Source: an uncultured archaeon (GTDB taxonomy: Archaea > Iainarchaeota > Iainarchaeia > Iainarchaeales > JAAZKV01). From it: a stretch of 64,000 nucleotides of DNA. The translations under genes were made by a program, and so were the position numbers. Numbering within the stretch: the stretch's first letter is position 1; every line of letters begins with the position of its first letter. The notes under the pieces are model-generated. The model searched no databases, was not told the DNA's origin, and saw only the letters and a program-made list of their open reading frames with translations. The stretch is taken from positions 17,779 to 81,778 of the forward strand of contig CAYWUL010000002.1 of NCBI GenBank assembly GCA_964461205.1. The letters run 5' to 3'. Positions 1 through 10,139 of this stretch are shown here, one piece after another.

Positions 1-1
1 A

Positions 2-2959
2 AAGGTTTCAAACAAAACAATGAACGATACAATGACCGAATTAGACATTTCAAACTATATCACTCTAAGAAGAAATCTCTCCGGGTTGACTTCGGTTGCG
101 TCCGGAGATTATTTTGTTACTAAACAAGCAAAAGTTATTTCAAATCCATTAAGAACAACAAACGATATTAACTCAATTTTTTATAGTTTACAAAACCCAT
201 TAATCGTGTCTGTCGGCTCAACAACAACAAATGATTCTACTGCGCCAATTTTGTTAGATATTAATTATTCTCCTCAAGATATGAATGATCAGGCAGACCT
301 AAATTGTTATTCTTCTTGGTCTGATTCTACTTCAGTTATTGATCGAGTTGTATTAAATGTGTCTGGATCAAATTTGGATGTAAATTATTCTGAGATTTTT
401 AGGGATGCAAATGCTTTTATGTCGCAGATTATTGATGCAAATAGTATTAATGCTGGGGACATAAATTGTATTTTTACTGCTTATGATTTGGCTAATAATT
501 CTGACACTAATACAATAACTATTTCTGTTTCTGATAGTTCTCCTCCATCAATCGTTGCTGTAAGTAATTCTCCCGATTCAAATAGTTTGTTAGATCCCTC
601 AACAATTGTAACAATTGATGCAAATATTAATGAGTATACAGGGATGAATACTGCTATCTTATATACGCGGGGGCGTGATGAGAATAATAGTTGGACGGAT
701 TGGAATGCAATAACTATGTTAAATGATCAAAACTTTTCAGATACTAATTATCATTATGCGACTTCTTTTACTACTGCGCGCGATGATAATTCTTATCAGT
801 ACTATGTTTATGCTTTGGGTGTCGATGGGTTAGATGTTAATTCATCAATTTACACAATTTATTCTTATAGTGATTGGACTTGGTCAATTTCGCCTTCAAC
901 ATTTGGAACAAAGTCTGGTGCGCTTGATTCTATATTAACTGTTGGCGATATAAATGTAACAAATACCGGGGATAAAAATCTGTCTTTTAGAGTAAAAAGT
1001 AATTGGGACGATAAATATAAGATTTGGTATGATTCAGAACCAGAAACTGCTGCGGGGTATACTTTTAGTTTAGCAATCGGTAAATCAGAAATTCTAACTA
1101 CTTCTTTAAGGACAAAAGCAAGTGAAAGAAGTGATGAATTAACAATTACAGTTGATGCGACAAATTCTTCTGCTTCTCCAGACACAAATACTTCGACAGC
1201 AACAATAATTTCTTTGTCAGACGGGCCATTTATGTATACTGAATGGGTTACAACTGATTCTTCAGTAACACAAGGGGATACAAATGTTAATTTTTCTGCA
1301 AGAGTAACAAATTTGGGAAATAGTGATGCTAATGCCGTTGTTCTTGATTGGAATTTTCCTAATGATTGGACAATTACTTCTGGAACAGAAACGACCAATC
1401 TAACTACTTTAGCTGTTAGTGATTCTGTGTCTAGTTCAATTATCTTTTCGATTAATTCTTCAGCAGAAGCTGGAGACAAAAATATTGTTTTTACGGCGCA
1501 ATGTTGTAATATTTCAAGCAAATCTAGATTAGTGAGTAATATAACTACAGTTAATTCTTCAGGGTCAGGAGATGATGGCGTGGATGATGACGATGATGCC
1601 CCGCCTAGCGGTGGGCCAGGGGGTAATCCCGGGGGGACAGGCACTACTGGTGGAACAGGGGTCTTTTCTGATGAACAAAAAGATGTGTTTTTCCAAACAA
1701 CACAATTTTTTGAATTAGTGCGTGGACAAGATTCGGGATTTCCAATACTAATTGAAAATCCTCTTGATGGAACGTTACAAGAAATCCATTTAGAAGTTTC
1801 AGGATTAGCATCTAAATATTTACAATTAAAAGACAAATATATTGCGTTTTTGGATCGGAACGAGTCATTTAAAACTGAAATAGAAATTCTTTCTCCAAAA
1901 TATTTTTCTCCAGGAAAATATGAAATAACATTTATTATTAGTGGGATTTTTGTTGATGACAAAAACAAAACAGTTTCTTTTGGAGAAACTCGTTTAATAA
2001 CATTATTAATTCATGATACAAATGAAAACCAAGCAGTATTATTTATTGACGAAATGCAAGAATTCTTTGATAAAATGGTTTCAAATTCATTTAAAACAAA
2101 CAATTTGTATGAATTAATCGCTGATGCAAATGCTTTAGTAAATGCGAGAGAATTTGATGAAGCAAAAATAATTTATCTTCAAGCAAAAGAATTGTTTGAG
2201 ATGTCTTTTGAAGCAAGAGCAAAAATAACAAATTTAGAAAAAATTATTTTTAATACGAATAGACAAGGAATTAGCACGTTGAATACAAATCGTTTATTAC
2301 AATTAGCACAACTTTCTTTCCAAAGAGGCGATTATGCTTTATCATTAGATAGATTAAAAGAAGCAGAGTTAACATTTAGTTTAGAAACAAAAGGAGAATT
2401 CAATATCTTGATTTTCTTAATGGGAAATATTGACAGAGTAATTTTGATGATTGCTCTTCTTATAATCGCAGCGTATTTATTCTATTTAGGAATAAAATTA
2501 TTTATTTTTGGAAGAAAGCTAAAAGAGTTTAATTCAGAAGCAGAGTTATTATTAATTTTAATACAAGGAATTCAAAAAAAGTGTTTTGTTGAAAACAGAA
2601 TGAGTATTGGAGAATATTATGATGCTTTACAACAGTATGAAAACAGAATGGCATTTATTTCAGAAAGAATTATTACTTATGAGTCCAAAAGAAATAATGT
2701 GTTGAAAATTTCTTCAAGTATAAAAAGGTTGAGACAAGAAAAAAGCAAATTAATTTCTTTGTTAAAAAAAACTCAAGAACAATATTTTGAATTAGGATTA
2801 ATTGAAACAAGCATATATGAAACAAAAGTGAAAAGTCTAACAAAAAGATTGTCAGAAGTTGAAGAAGCAATAGTAACAAAAGAATTTATGAGGACTACAA
2901 GAAAAACAAGAGGATTCAAAAGATTTTTTTGGAAAGTATTCTACAAAATATTTAAGTGA
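2..2959 (+). CDS. Large surface/membrane protein, 5'-partial: Ser/Thr/Asn-rich Ig/CARDB-like repeats, Gly/Pro/Asp linker, helical region, one TM segment, cytoplasmic tail
   Basis: The frame is open to the window start. Beta-sandwich-like segments such as ARVTNLGNSDA, linker SSGSGDDGVDDDDDAPPSGGPGG, hydrophobic helix VILMIALLIIAAYLFYLGI. Confidence 0.7.
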   Translation, partial: KVSNKTMNDTMTELDISNYITLRRNLSGLTSVASGDYFVTKQAKVISNPLRTTNDINSIFYSLQNPLIVSVGSTTTNDSTAPILLDINYSPQDMNDQADLNCYSSWSDSTSVIDRVVLNVSGSNLDVNYSEIFRDANAFMSQIIDANSINAGDINCIFTAYDLANNSDTNTITISVSDSSPPSIVAVSNSPDSNSLLDPSTIVTIDANINEYTGMNTAILYTRGRDENNSWTDWNAITMLNDQNFSDTNYHYATSFTTARDDNSYQYYVYALGVDGLDVNSSIYTIYSYSDWTWSISPSTFGTKSGALDSILTVGDINVTNTGDKNLSFRVKSNWDDKYKIWYDSEPETAAGYTFSLAIGKSEILTTSLRTKASERSDELTITVDATNSSASPDTNTSTATIISLSDGPFMYTEWVTTDSSVTQGDTNVNFSARVTNLGNSDANAVVLDWNFPNDWTITSGTETTNLTTLAVSDSVSSSIIFSINSSAEAGDKNIVFTAQCCNISSKSRLVSNITTVNSSGSGDDGVDDDDDAPPSGGPGGNPGGTGTTGGTGVFSDEQKDVFFQTTQFFELVRGQDSGFPILIENPLDGTLQEIHLEVSGLASKYLQLKDKYIAFLDRNESFKTEIEILSPKYFSPGKYEITFIISGIFVDDKNKTVSFGETRLITLLIHDTNENQAVLFIDEMQEFFDKMVSNSFKTNNLYELIADANALVNAREFDEAKIIYLQAKELFEMSFEARAKITNLEKIIFNTNRQGISTLNTNRLLQLAQLSFQRGDYALSLDRLKEAELTFSLETKGEFNILIFLMGNIDRVILMIALLIIAAYLFYLGIKLFIFGRKLKEFNSEAELLLILIQGIQKKCFVENRMSIGEYYDALQQYENRMAFISERIITYESKRNNVLKISSSIKRLRQEKSKLISLLKKTQEQYFELGLIETSIYETKVKSLTKRLSEVEEAIVTKEFMRTTRKTRGFKRFFWKVFYKIFK

Positions 2960-2964
2960 TTTTT

Positions 2965-4251
2965 ATGGAAAAGGTAATTAGAAAAATAAGCATTCTTTTT
3001 TTTATTTTTATTTGCTTTAATTTAGTGTTTGCACAAATCCTTTACCTGGACACGAATTATGCAGACACGAATAGTGGTGGATTTCTTCCTTCAATAGAAG
3101 CAAATACTGCACTTCAACAAATTAATTTGGTTAGAAGCCAGATAAGAGAGATGGGCGAATTAGGATTTGAAGTTACAAGGGTGAGTGATGAGTTTTTTGT
3201 TTCAACCCAAGTTTACGAAAATAATATTAGTAAGGAAAAAGAGAATATTTTTGTTGACTATTCTCGTTTTTTTGAACAAATAAAAACTGTTAAAAAAACA
3301 ATTAGTCTTGCATACCAAGTAAACGATGAATTAATTGCTTTAAACTATGAAATAGAAAATTTAAGACTAAGTTTAGACGTTTCTGAAGTAGATGTAATTT
3401 TTGCAGAAGCTAATCAAGAATTTAAAGACCAACGATACGAATTAGTTCCAAAACTTGTAGATAGCGCTTACACAAAAATTAATGAATTACAAAGTATTGA
3501 AGCAAAGACTAATGCGGCATATGATGCAGCCAGCAAGAGTATCGAATTTTTTATAAAAGAAAACCTTGAGAGTATTATTACAACAATAATTTCAATTATT
3601 ATTTTATTTTTAATTTTTAGGAGAAAGCTAAAAAGAATGTTGATTAAAAGACGAATTTCTTTGAATGAATATGAAGAAGAAGTTCTTAAAACAGAAATAA
3701 AAAATACTCAAAGAAGATATTTTGTTGAAGGCGATGTAGCAGAATCAGAATATAATATTAAAATTAAAGTTTATAGTGACAAAGTAAGAGAGTTGAACCG
3801 AGAAACAGCATTATTAATAGAGTTGTTAGAAAAAACAAAAAAACACGGGAAATTTAAAAAAACACAAGGAAATCAAGAACATAAAGAAATAATAAAACAA
3901 AATAAAAAGTTTGATAAAAAACAATTACAAATTGAGAAAAATGAAAAAAAAGTAAAAAATAAAGAAAGTGCTCGTTTAAAGAGAGAAAATAGACGAAAAA
4001 TTAGAAGAGGTGATAAATCAGAATTAGATTTAGAAGAGGAACGAATATTACAAGAACCCACACCGGTTATTATTCATAAGGAAAAATCATTGGTAGTTGG
4101 GAAGAAGTCTGTTTTGGATTTGGAGGAGGAAAAGATTTTGCGTGAGCCTAAAACAATTATTAATAAAAAAAAGAAATCAGTTAAAGTAAGAGCAAAAAAG
4201 AAAAAAAGAAAGAAAAGAAAACAAAAGACAAACAAAAAGAAAAAGAAATAG
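2965..4251 (+). CDS. Membrane protein with signal peptide, helical ectodomain, TM segment and very Lys-rich tail
   Basis: GTGAT before ATG 2965; N-terminal hydrophobic stretch ending VFA; TM IITTIISIIILFLIF followed by RRKLKR. Confidence 0.7.
   Translation: MEKVIRKISILFFIFICFNLVFAQILYLDTNYADTNSGGFLPSIEANTALQQINLVRSQIREMGELGFEVTRVSDEFFVSTQVYENNISKEKENIFVDYSRFFEQIKTVKKTISLAYQVNDELIALNYEIENLRLSLDVSEVDVIFAEANQEFKDQRYELVPKLVDSAYTKINELQSIEAKTNAAYDAASKSIEFFIKENLESIITTIISIIILFLIFRRKLKRMLIKRRISLNEYEEEVLKTEIKNTQRRYFVEGDVAESEYNIKIKVYSDKVRELNRETALLIELLEKTKKHGKFKKTQGNQEHKEIIKQNKKFDKKQLQIEKNEKKVKNKESARLKRENRRKIRRGDKSELDLEEERILQEPTPVIIHKEKSLVVGKKSVLDLEEEKILREPKTIINKKKKSVKVRAKKKKRKKRKQKTNKKKKK
4015..4149 (+). 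repeat. Intragenic tandem duplication, 90-nt period (KSELDLEEERILQEP / KSVLDLEEEKILREP)
   Basis: Copies at 4015-4059 and 4105-4149; 12 of 15 aa identical; 16 nucleotide differences. Confidence 0.85.
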
Positions 4252-4281
4252 TTTTTTATATTTAGAAAGCGTAGTGATATT

Positions 4282-5097
4282 ATGGTAAAAAAACAACCGA
4301 ATAAAAAAAACGAAGAAAAAAAAGGTCTTTCAGTCAAAAAATATTTTATGCCCGACGTTCCTGGTTTGAAAAGTCTTTTTTCACATGGAATTCCTTGGGG
4401 GTCAGCAGTATTAATTGAAGGGGGACCCGGGTGTGGAAAAACCTTATTTTGTTTGCAATCTTGTGTTAATGCTTGTAAACAAGGAAAAAAAGTGTTGTTT
4501 ATGAGTTTTGAAGAACCTGAAGACAATTTAAGAAGCCACTTAAAAATGTTTAATTTTGATGCAGAAAAATATGAAAAAGATGGGTTATTAAAAATAAAAA
4601 GATTTAATGCATTAGATATTGCTAGAAGTGTAGAAGCGTTATTGAGTGAAGCAAAAAAAGAATTACTAATTGATGTTCAACCAGTACTAATACCAAAGGA
4701 TTTTGAACCAGATATCATTTTTGTTGATTCATTAACAAGTATTTCTTCAGCATTTAGTGGAGAAAAACACAGGTTTAGGATTTATATGGAGCAGTTATTT
4801 CGTTATTTAGAATCACATAACATAACCTCTTTTTTAATAATGGAAACACCTCATCCTACCCATTTGGGAAGCGTTATTTCTGGATTGGATCAAGCAGTTA
4901 GTTTTCTTTCGGACGGAATATTAGTAATTTACAATGTTATTTATGATAATGGAACACGAGGGAGAGCATTTGAAATCTTAAAAATGCGTGGTGAAGATAT
5001 AAAAAGAATAATTGTTGAGTTAGAAATAAAGGATAAAAAAGGAATTGTGATTTATCCAGATAAACCCTTAAAGCATAAAAACCATGTTTTAACATAA
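4282..5097 (+). CDS. KaiC/RAD55-like RecA-superfamily ATPase (single domain)
   Basis: Walker A GGPGCGKT, SFEE motif, Walker B IFVDS, C-terminal ILKMRG. Confidence 0.9.
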   Translation: MVKKQPNKKNEEKKGLSVKKYFMPDVPGLKSLFSHGIPWGSAVLIEGGPGCGKTLFCLQSCVNACKQGKKVLFMSFEEPEDNLRSHLKMFNFDAEKYEKDGLLKIKRFNALDIARSVEALLSEAKKELLIDVQPVLIPKDFEPDIIFVDSLTSISSAFSGEKHRFRIYMEQLFRYLESHNITSFLIMETPHPTHLGSVISGLDQAVSFLSDGILVIYNVIYDNGTRGRAFEILKMRGEDIKRIIVELEIKDKKGIVIYPDKPLKHKNHVLT

Positions 5098-5102
5098 ATA
5101 TT

Positions 5103-5160
5103 AACTTCGTCAATAGTTCCCACTTTTCTAAAAATCGACGAATAAGTAATATTTATAACT
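5103..5160 (+). promoter_or_regulatory. Candidate operator (AACTTCGTCAAT) plus TATA-like ATTTATAA upstream of the GGPP synthase gene
   Basis: The 12-mer at 5103-5114 is identical to 7431-7442; inverted half GACGAA at 5137-5142. Confidence 0.4.
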
Positions 5161-5181
5161 AATTCTTTCCTTTCTATTTGT

Positions 5182-6267
5182 ATGATTTCTGACGAAGAAG
5201 CACAAATGGAAATAAAACCTTTTTTGAAAAAATATGCTCTTTTGGTTGATAAAGAAATAGAAAATTTTATCCCAAGAAAGGCTACAAAAGAATGGATTGA
5301 AAGTGCTTTAGGAAAAACTATTTTTGAATTGGATTTAGATGCTTATACAGCTGGTGTTAATGTGCCTGTTTGGGATTTACTTGATAGAGGGGGAAAAAGA
5401 TTTCGTCCTTTGTTAACATGTATTTGTTCAGAAGCAGTTGGAGGAAAATGGGAAGAAGGAATGAAAGTTGCTCCAATTGTAGAATTAATTCATAATGGGA
5501 CACTTTGCCAAGATGATGTTGAGGATGATTCTCAAGCAAGGAGAGGACAACCATGTATGCATCACAAATTTGGTGTTGACACTGCAGTTAATACCGGAAC
5601 AATAATGTATTTTTGGCCAATGGCAAGAATAATGAATGATGATTTTTTGCTTGGGGAAGAAAAGAAAATGAAGATTTATGATTTGTTTATTAAAGAATTG
5701 TTAAGAGTGTGTAGTGGACAAACATGGGATATTGCTTGGCACCATGGGGGGTTCACTCCGAATGAAAAACAATATCTAAATATGTGTTTATCAAAAACAG
5801 GAGTGTTAACAAAATTTGCTTGTCAGTTAGGGGCAATAATTGGTAATGCGACAGAAAAACAATATGAAGCACTTGGAAAATTTGGACAAATTGTTGGGGT
5901 TGGTTTTCAAATACAAGATGATATTCTCGAATTAACAGAAGATGCTTTTAAAGAAGGAAAAGGAAGTATTGGTGGCGATATTCATGAAGGAAAAAGAACT
6001 CTTATTGTTATTAGGACTCTAGAAATTGCAGAAGAAGAAGACAAAAAAAGGTTAATAGAGATACTTGATTCACACACCGAAAAAAATGAAGAAATAAAAG
6101 AAGCACTTGCAATAATTAACAAATATGATGGTATTTCTTATTCAAAAAAGAAAGCAGAAGCGCTTGTAGAGTCAGCTTGGAAAGAAGTTAACTCTGTTTT
6201 GCAAGAAAATAATGCAAAAAACATTTTGAAAAAATTTGCTGAATATTTAGTGGATAGAAAAATGTAA
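5182..6267 (+). CDS. idsA: Short-chain trans-isoprenyl diphosphate synthase (GGPP synthase)
   Basis: GGKRFRP, first Asp-rich motif DDVEDDS..RRG, KT motif, FQIQDDIL, GGDIHEGKRT. Confidence 0.93.
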   Translation: MISDEEAQMEIKPFLKKYALLVDKEIENFIPRKATKEWIESALGKTIFELDLDAYTAGVNVPVWDLLDRGGKRFRPLLTCICSEAVGGKWEEGMKVAPIVELIHNGTLCQDDVEDDSQARRGQPCMHHKFGVDTAVNTGTIMYFWPMARIMNDDFLLGEEKKMKIYDLFIKELLRVCSGQTWDIAWHHGGFTPNEKQYLNMCLSKTGVLTKFACQLGAIIGNATEKQYEALGKFGQIVGVGFQIQDDILELTEDAFKEGKGSIGGDIHEGKRTLIVIRTLEIAEEEDKKRLIEILDSHTEKNEEIKEALAIINKYDGISYSKKKAEALVESAWKEVNSVLQENNAKNILKKFAEYLVDRKM

Positions 6268-6345
6268 AAATTACGCGCTGTGAATCGGAGTTAAGAATTT
6301 TAGTTAATAAGAATGTATTTATTCTAGTTTGTTTTTAGTGTTATT

Positions 6346-7380
6346 ATGGTTTCAAAAACAGAACAAAGAAAAATTGACCACATAAAGTTGTGTGTTGAAA
6401 AAGATGTTGCTTTTGATAAAAAAACAACGTTGCTTGAAGATGTTGAATTAAATTACAAAACTCTTCCAGAAATTTCTCTAGAAGAAGTAAATTTGTCAAC
6501 TCAACTCCTTGGAAAAGAATTTTCTTTTCCTTTTCTTGCTTCAGCTATTACTGGCGGAGCACAAGTATCAAAAAAAATTAATTTTGATATTGCAAAAGCT
6601 TGCCAAGAATTTGGTATTGGAATGGGTTTAGGAAGTATGCGCGCAATGCTTGAAAATCCAAAAATAAAGGATACTTATAATGTAAAATCCGTTGCTCCAG
6701 AAATTTTTGTTGCCGGAAATATTGGTGTTGCTCAATTAAGATCTTATTCTACTCAAGAAGTGAATTCTGTAATTGAATCTCTAAACTTAGATGCTCTTGC
6801 AATTCATTTAAATGCTGCTCAAGAAGCAATGCAACCAGAAGGGGACGTTAATTTTTCAAATTTAATAGAAAAAATAGATGAGTTTTCAAAAGAAGTTTGT
6901 GTTCCTGTTTATGCAAAAGAAGTTGGACATGGAATAAGTTTTGAAGTTGCTTCAAAATTAGAACAAACAAATATACAAGCAATTGATGTTCAGGGGGCAG
7001 GCGGAACATCATGGACTCGTGTAGATGCACTACGCCACAAAGGTTCTTTTGGTTCTGTTTTTCGTGACTTTGGTTTACCAACAGCAGTGTCAATAATTGA
7101 AACAAAGAATGCATTCACAAAACAAATTATTGCTTCGGGTGGAATAAGAAATGGTCTTGATGCAGTGAAAGGAATTATTCTTGGTGCTTCAATGAGCGGA
7201 GCAGCAATGCCGGTTTTACAAGCACAACAAAAATCTTACAAATCCTTACAAAACTTTTTTTCTAATTTTAAAAACGAAATGGAAATAACATCATTCTTAC
7301 TTGGTTGTAAAAACATTGAAGAATTACATAGGCAAAATTATGTTGTTCTTGGAAAATTAAAAGAATGGTTAAATCAATAA
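6346..7380 (+). CDS. fni: Type 2 (FMN-dependent) isopentenyl-diphosphate delta-isomerase
   Basis: RKIDHI, AITGG, AIHLNAAQE, KEVGHG, GAGGTSW, ASGGIR. Confidence 0.95.
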   Translation: MVSKTEQRKIDHIKLCVEKDVAFDKKTTLLEDVELNYKTLPEISLEEVNLSTQLLGKEFSFPFLASAITGGAQVSKKINFDIAKACQEFGIGMGLGSMRAMLENPKIKDTYNVKSVAPEIFVAGNIGVAQLRSYSTQEVNSVIESLNLDALAIHLNAAQEAMQPEGDVNFSNLIEKIDEFSKEVCVPVYAKEVGHGISFEVASKLEQTNIQAIDVQGAGGTSWTRVDALRHKGSFGSVFRDFGLPTAVSIIETKNAFTKQIIASGGIRNGLDAVKGIILGASMSGAAMPVLQAQQKSYKSLQNFFSNFKNEMEITSFLLGCKNIEELHRQNYVVLGKLKEWLNQ

Positions 7381-7430
7381 GTCAATCATATTGAATATTT
7401 ATTTTCTTTTTAATAAGCCCTTTATTAATA

Positions 7431-7480
7431 AACTTCGTCAATTGCCAAACTGATTTTCGTTTTTTGGAAAGGTTTTTATA
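7431..7480 (+). promoter_or_regulatory. TTCGT-N17-TTCGT followed by BRE/TATA-like GAAAGGTTTTTATA
   Basis: The same architecture recurs at 10904-10948. Confidence 0.5.
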
Positions 7481-7517
7481 TACTGGTTTAGTAGAGTTAA
7501 TTATCTTGGTGAGAAAG

Positions 7518-8792
7518 ATGAAGATGCCCGAATTGCCTATTGAAGAAAGGAAGACTACCTTTAACGAAGTAGAAACTGGTTTCACAAAAGAACAAGCAAT
7601 CGAAGAAGCAAATAGATGTTTACAATGTGCTGATCCAAAATGTGTTTCTGGTTGTCCAGCAAACATTAATATTCCAAAATTTATTAAAGAATTTAGAGAG
7701 GGTCACTTAGATGAAGCAGCAAAAACCATTAGAGAAAAAAATTATTTTCCAAGTATATGTGGAAGAATATGTCAACATGAAAAACAATGTGAAGGAAAGT
7801 GTATTCTTGAAAAGACTCCAGAAGGCGCAGTAAATATTGGAGGAATAGAAAGATATATTGGAGATAATGCAATGTTTCCAAAAATAGAAAAGACAAATGG
7901 AAAAAAAGCAGCAATAATTGGTTCTGGTCCATCAGGTCTAACTACTGCAGCATATTTAGCATTAAAAGGAATAAATGTAACTGTGTTTGAAAGCACACAC
8001 GCTTTTGGAGGAGTAATAAAATATGGTGTCCCAGAATTTCGTTTGCCAAAAGAAACAGTTTCGCGTGAGCTAACTGCTTTACACGATTTAGGGATTGATT
8101 TTGAACCAAACGCAAAAATTAGTGAAGAATCAATTAATGAAATAGCAAAAGAATTTGATGCTGTGTTTGTTGGAACTGGTGTTGGAGCATCAAGACAAAT
8201 GGGTGTTGAAGGCGCAAAATTAAAAGGAATTATTTCTGCAATGAAATTCTTAGTAAACTTAAATCAAAGTGACATGCCAATGATTTCTCCAGGAGAAAAA
8301 GTAGTAGTTGTTGGTGCGGGATATGTTGGAATTGATGCTGCAAGAAGTGCTGTTCGCCTTGGAGGAAAAGTTACATGTATTACCTTTGCAAAAAGAGAAG
8401 ATGCAATAAAAACAGTTTCAGAAAAAGATTATAATGATGCAGAAGAAGAAGGAGTAAGATTTATGTTTGGTTTAACTGTGGACAAATTTGAAGGAAATGA
8501 AGAAGAAAAAGTTACAAAAGTACATTACAAAAATGGAGAAAACGGTTTTTTAGAAGCAACAAAAGTAATTGTTGCTATTGGACAAGAACACGACAAAGAT
8601 GATTTGAGAAAACCATTACGTAATGAAGAAAATGGTTGTGTGAAAGTAAATGAAAATTATCAAACAAAAGTAAAAAATGTATTTGCGGCGGGAGATTGTG
8701 TTCATGGTCCAAAAACAGTAATTGCGGCAATTGATGCTGGAAGAAGGGCTGCAGAAGCAATGCTTGATTATTTAAAACAAAAAGAACAATAA
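7518..8792 (+). CDS. NfnB/SudA/GltD-like NAD(P)H-dependent Fe-S flavoprotein oxidoreductase
   Basis: EANRCLQCADPKCVSGCP, ICGRIC..EKQCEGKC, GSGPSG, YGVPEFRLP, FAAGD; GGTGA SD before ATG 7518. Confidence 0.88.
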   Translation: MKMPELPIEERKTTFNEVETGFTKEQAIEEANRCLQCADPKCVSGCPANINIPKFIKEFREGHLDEAAKTIREKNYFPSICGRICQHEKQCEGKCILEKTPEGAVNIGGIERYIGDNAMFPKIEKTNGKKAAIIGSGPSGLTTAAYLALKGINVTVFESTHAFGGVIKYGVPEFRLPKETVSRELTALHDLGIDFEPNAKISEESINEIAKEFDAVFVGTGVGASRQMGVEGAKLKGIISAMKFLVNLNQSDMPMISPGEKVVVVGAGYVGIDAARSAVRLGGKVTCITFAKREDAIKTVSEKDYNDAEEEGVRFMFGLTVDKFEGNEEEKVTKVHYKNGENGFLEATKVIVAIGQEHDKDDLRKPLRNEENGCVKVNENYQTKVKNVFAAGDCVHGPKTVIAAIDAGRRAAEAMLDYLKQKEQ

Positions 8793-8830
8793 TATTATTT
8801 GTTAGTTGAAAGATTTATTGGAGTGATATT

Positions 8831-10108
8831 ATGGATAAAGAACAATTTAGTGGTTTTTACAAAAAAACAATTAAAGAAAGACAAGAAATTGTGGCAAAAG
8901 AATTTTCTTTAAATGAAGATGACAAAAAACTATTAGAAAAAGAAGGTTCACTTCCTTTTGAAATTGCTGACAGAATGATAGAAAATGTTATTGGGACTTT
9001 TCCTCTTCCTTATGGTTTAGCAACAAACTTTGTTATTGATGGTAAAGATTATATTATTCCATTTGCAATAGAAGAACCAAGCGTTGTTGCTGCTGCGAGT
9101 AATGCTGCAAAGCTTTCTAGTGGTTTTACAACTTCTTGTGATGAACCAATAATGATTGGACAAATACAAGTTGTTGGAATAGAAAATTTAGAAGAAGCAA
9201 AAAAAGCAATCGAAGAAAAGAAAAAAGAATTGCTTGATTTTGTAACAACAATTGATCCAGTATTAGTAAAGTTTGGTGGCGGGCCAAGAGATATTACAAT
9301 TGAGATTGTTGAAGGATTAAATGGAAAAATGTTAGATATACATTTACTAGTTGATGTTCGCGACGCGATGGGTGCTAACGCAATTAATACTATGACAGAA
9401 AAATTAGCCCCAAAAATAGAAGAAATAACTAAAGGAAAAGTAATTCTTAGAATAATTTCTAATTTAGCAATTTATAGAAGAGCACAAGCAAAAGCAATTT
9501 GGATAAAAGAAAGTTTAGAAGCAAGTACTAAGGGACAAATTAATGGAGAAGAAGTTGTGGAAGCAATATTAAATGCTTATAATTTTGCAACAGCTACTCA
9601 ATTTCGTGCAACTACTCATAACAAAGGAATAATGAATGGAATTGATGCAGTAGTTATTGCAACAGGAAATGATTTTCGTGCAATTGAAAGCGGAGCACAT
9701 TCTTTTGCTTGCTTTGAAAAAAAATATTCTCCATTGACAAAATATTACAAAGATGAAAACGGAAATTTAGTTGGAGAAATAGATATTCCACTTGCGCTTG
9801 GTTTAGTTGGAGGCGCAACAAAAGTTCATCCAATGGCCCAACTTTCTTTAAAAATTCTAGGAATAAAAACAGCAAATGAATTAGCAAGGATAATTGCGTG
9901 TGTTGGCCTAGCACAAAACATGGCTGCTCTACGTGCATTATCTACAGAAGGAATACAAAGAGGGCACATGGGGTTACATGCAAAAAATATTGCAGTACAA
10001 GCTGGTGCAACAAAAGAAGAAATTGATATTGTTGCACAAAAAATGATTGAAACAAAAGAAGTTTCACAAGCAAAAGCAGAAGAGATTTTAAAAGAGATCA
10101 GGGGATAA
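8831..10108 (+). CDS. mvaA: HMG-CoA reductase, class II
   Basis: ENVIG, EEPSVVAAAS, DAMGANAINT, THNKGIMNG, GIQRGHMGLH and a C-terminal flap typical of class II. Confidence 0.93.
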   Translation: MDKEQFSGFYKKTIKERQEIVAKEFSLNEDDKKLLEKEGSLPFEIADRMIENVIGTFPLPYGLATNFVIDGKDYIIPFAIEEPSVVAAASNAAKLSSGFTTSCDEPIMIGQIQVVGIENLEEAKKAIEEKKKELLDFVTTIDPVLVKFGGGPRDITIEIVEGLNGKMLDIHLLVDVRDAMGANAINTMTEKLAPKIEEITKGKVILRIISNLAIYRRAQAKAIWIKESLEASTKGQINGEEVVEAILNAYNFATATQFRATTHNKGIMNGIDAVVIATGNDFRAIESGAHSFACFEKKYSPLTKYYKDENGNLVGEIDIPLALGLVGGATKVHPMAQLSLKILGIKTANELARIIACVGLAQNMAALRALSTEGIQRGHMGLHAKNIAVQAGATKEEIDIVAQKMIETKEVSQAKAEEILKEIRG

Positions 10109-10139
10109 GTTTTTTATAGTTTGAAAGAGAATGATTTCT

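Noticed and set aside
1555..1660. GC-rich patch in the first gene
   Set aside because: Explained by a Gly/Pro/Asp linker, not an insertion.
865..1968. 367-aa minus-strand ORF
   Set aside because: Antisense shadow of the surface protein; no start context or recognisable motifs.
4015..4149. Diversity-generating retroelement (TR/VR pair) suggested by A-biased differences
   Set aside because: Three differences are at non-A bases, most changes are synonymous at A-rich third positions, the copies are in-frame tandem, and no reverse transcriptase is in the window.
7382..7666. 94-aa minus-strand ORF, and the extended 7464 start of the oxidoreductase
   Set aside because: The ORF is antisense to the Fe-S motif; the TATA-like box and GGTGA SD point to ATG 7518.
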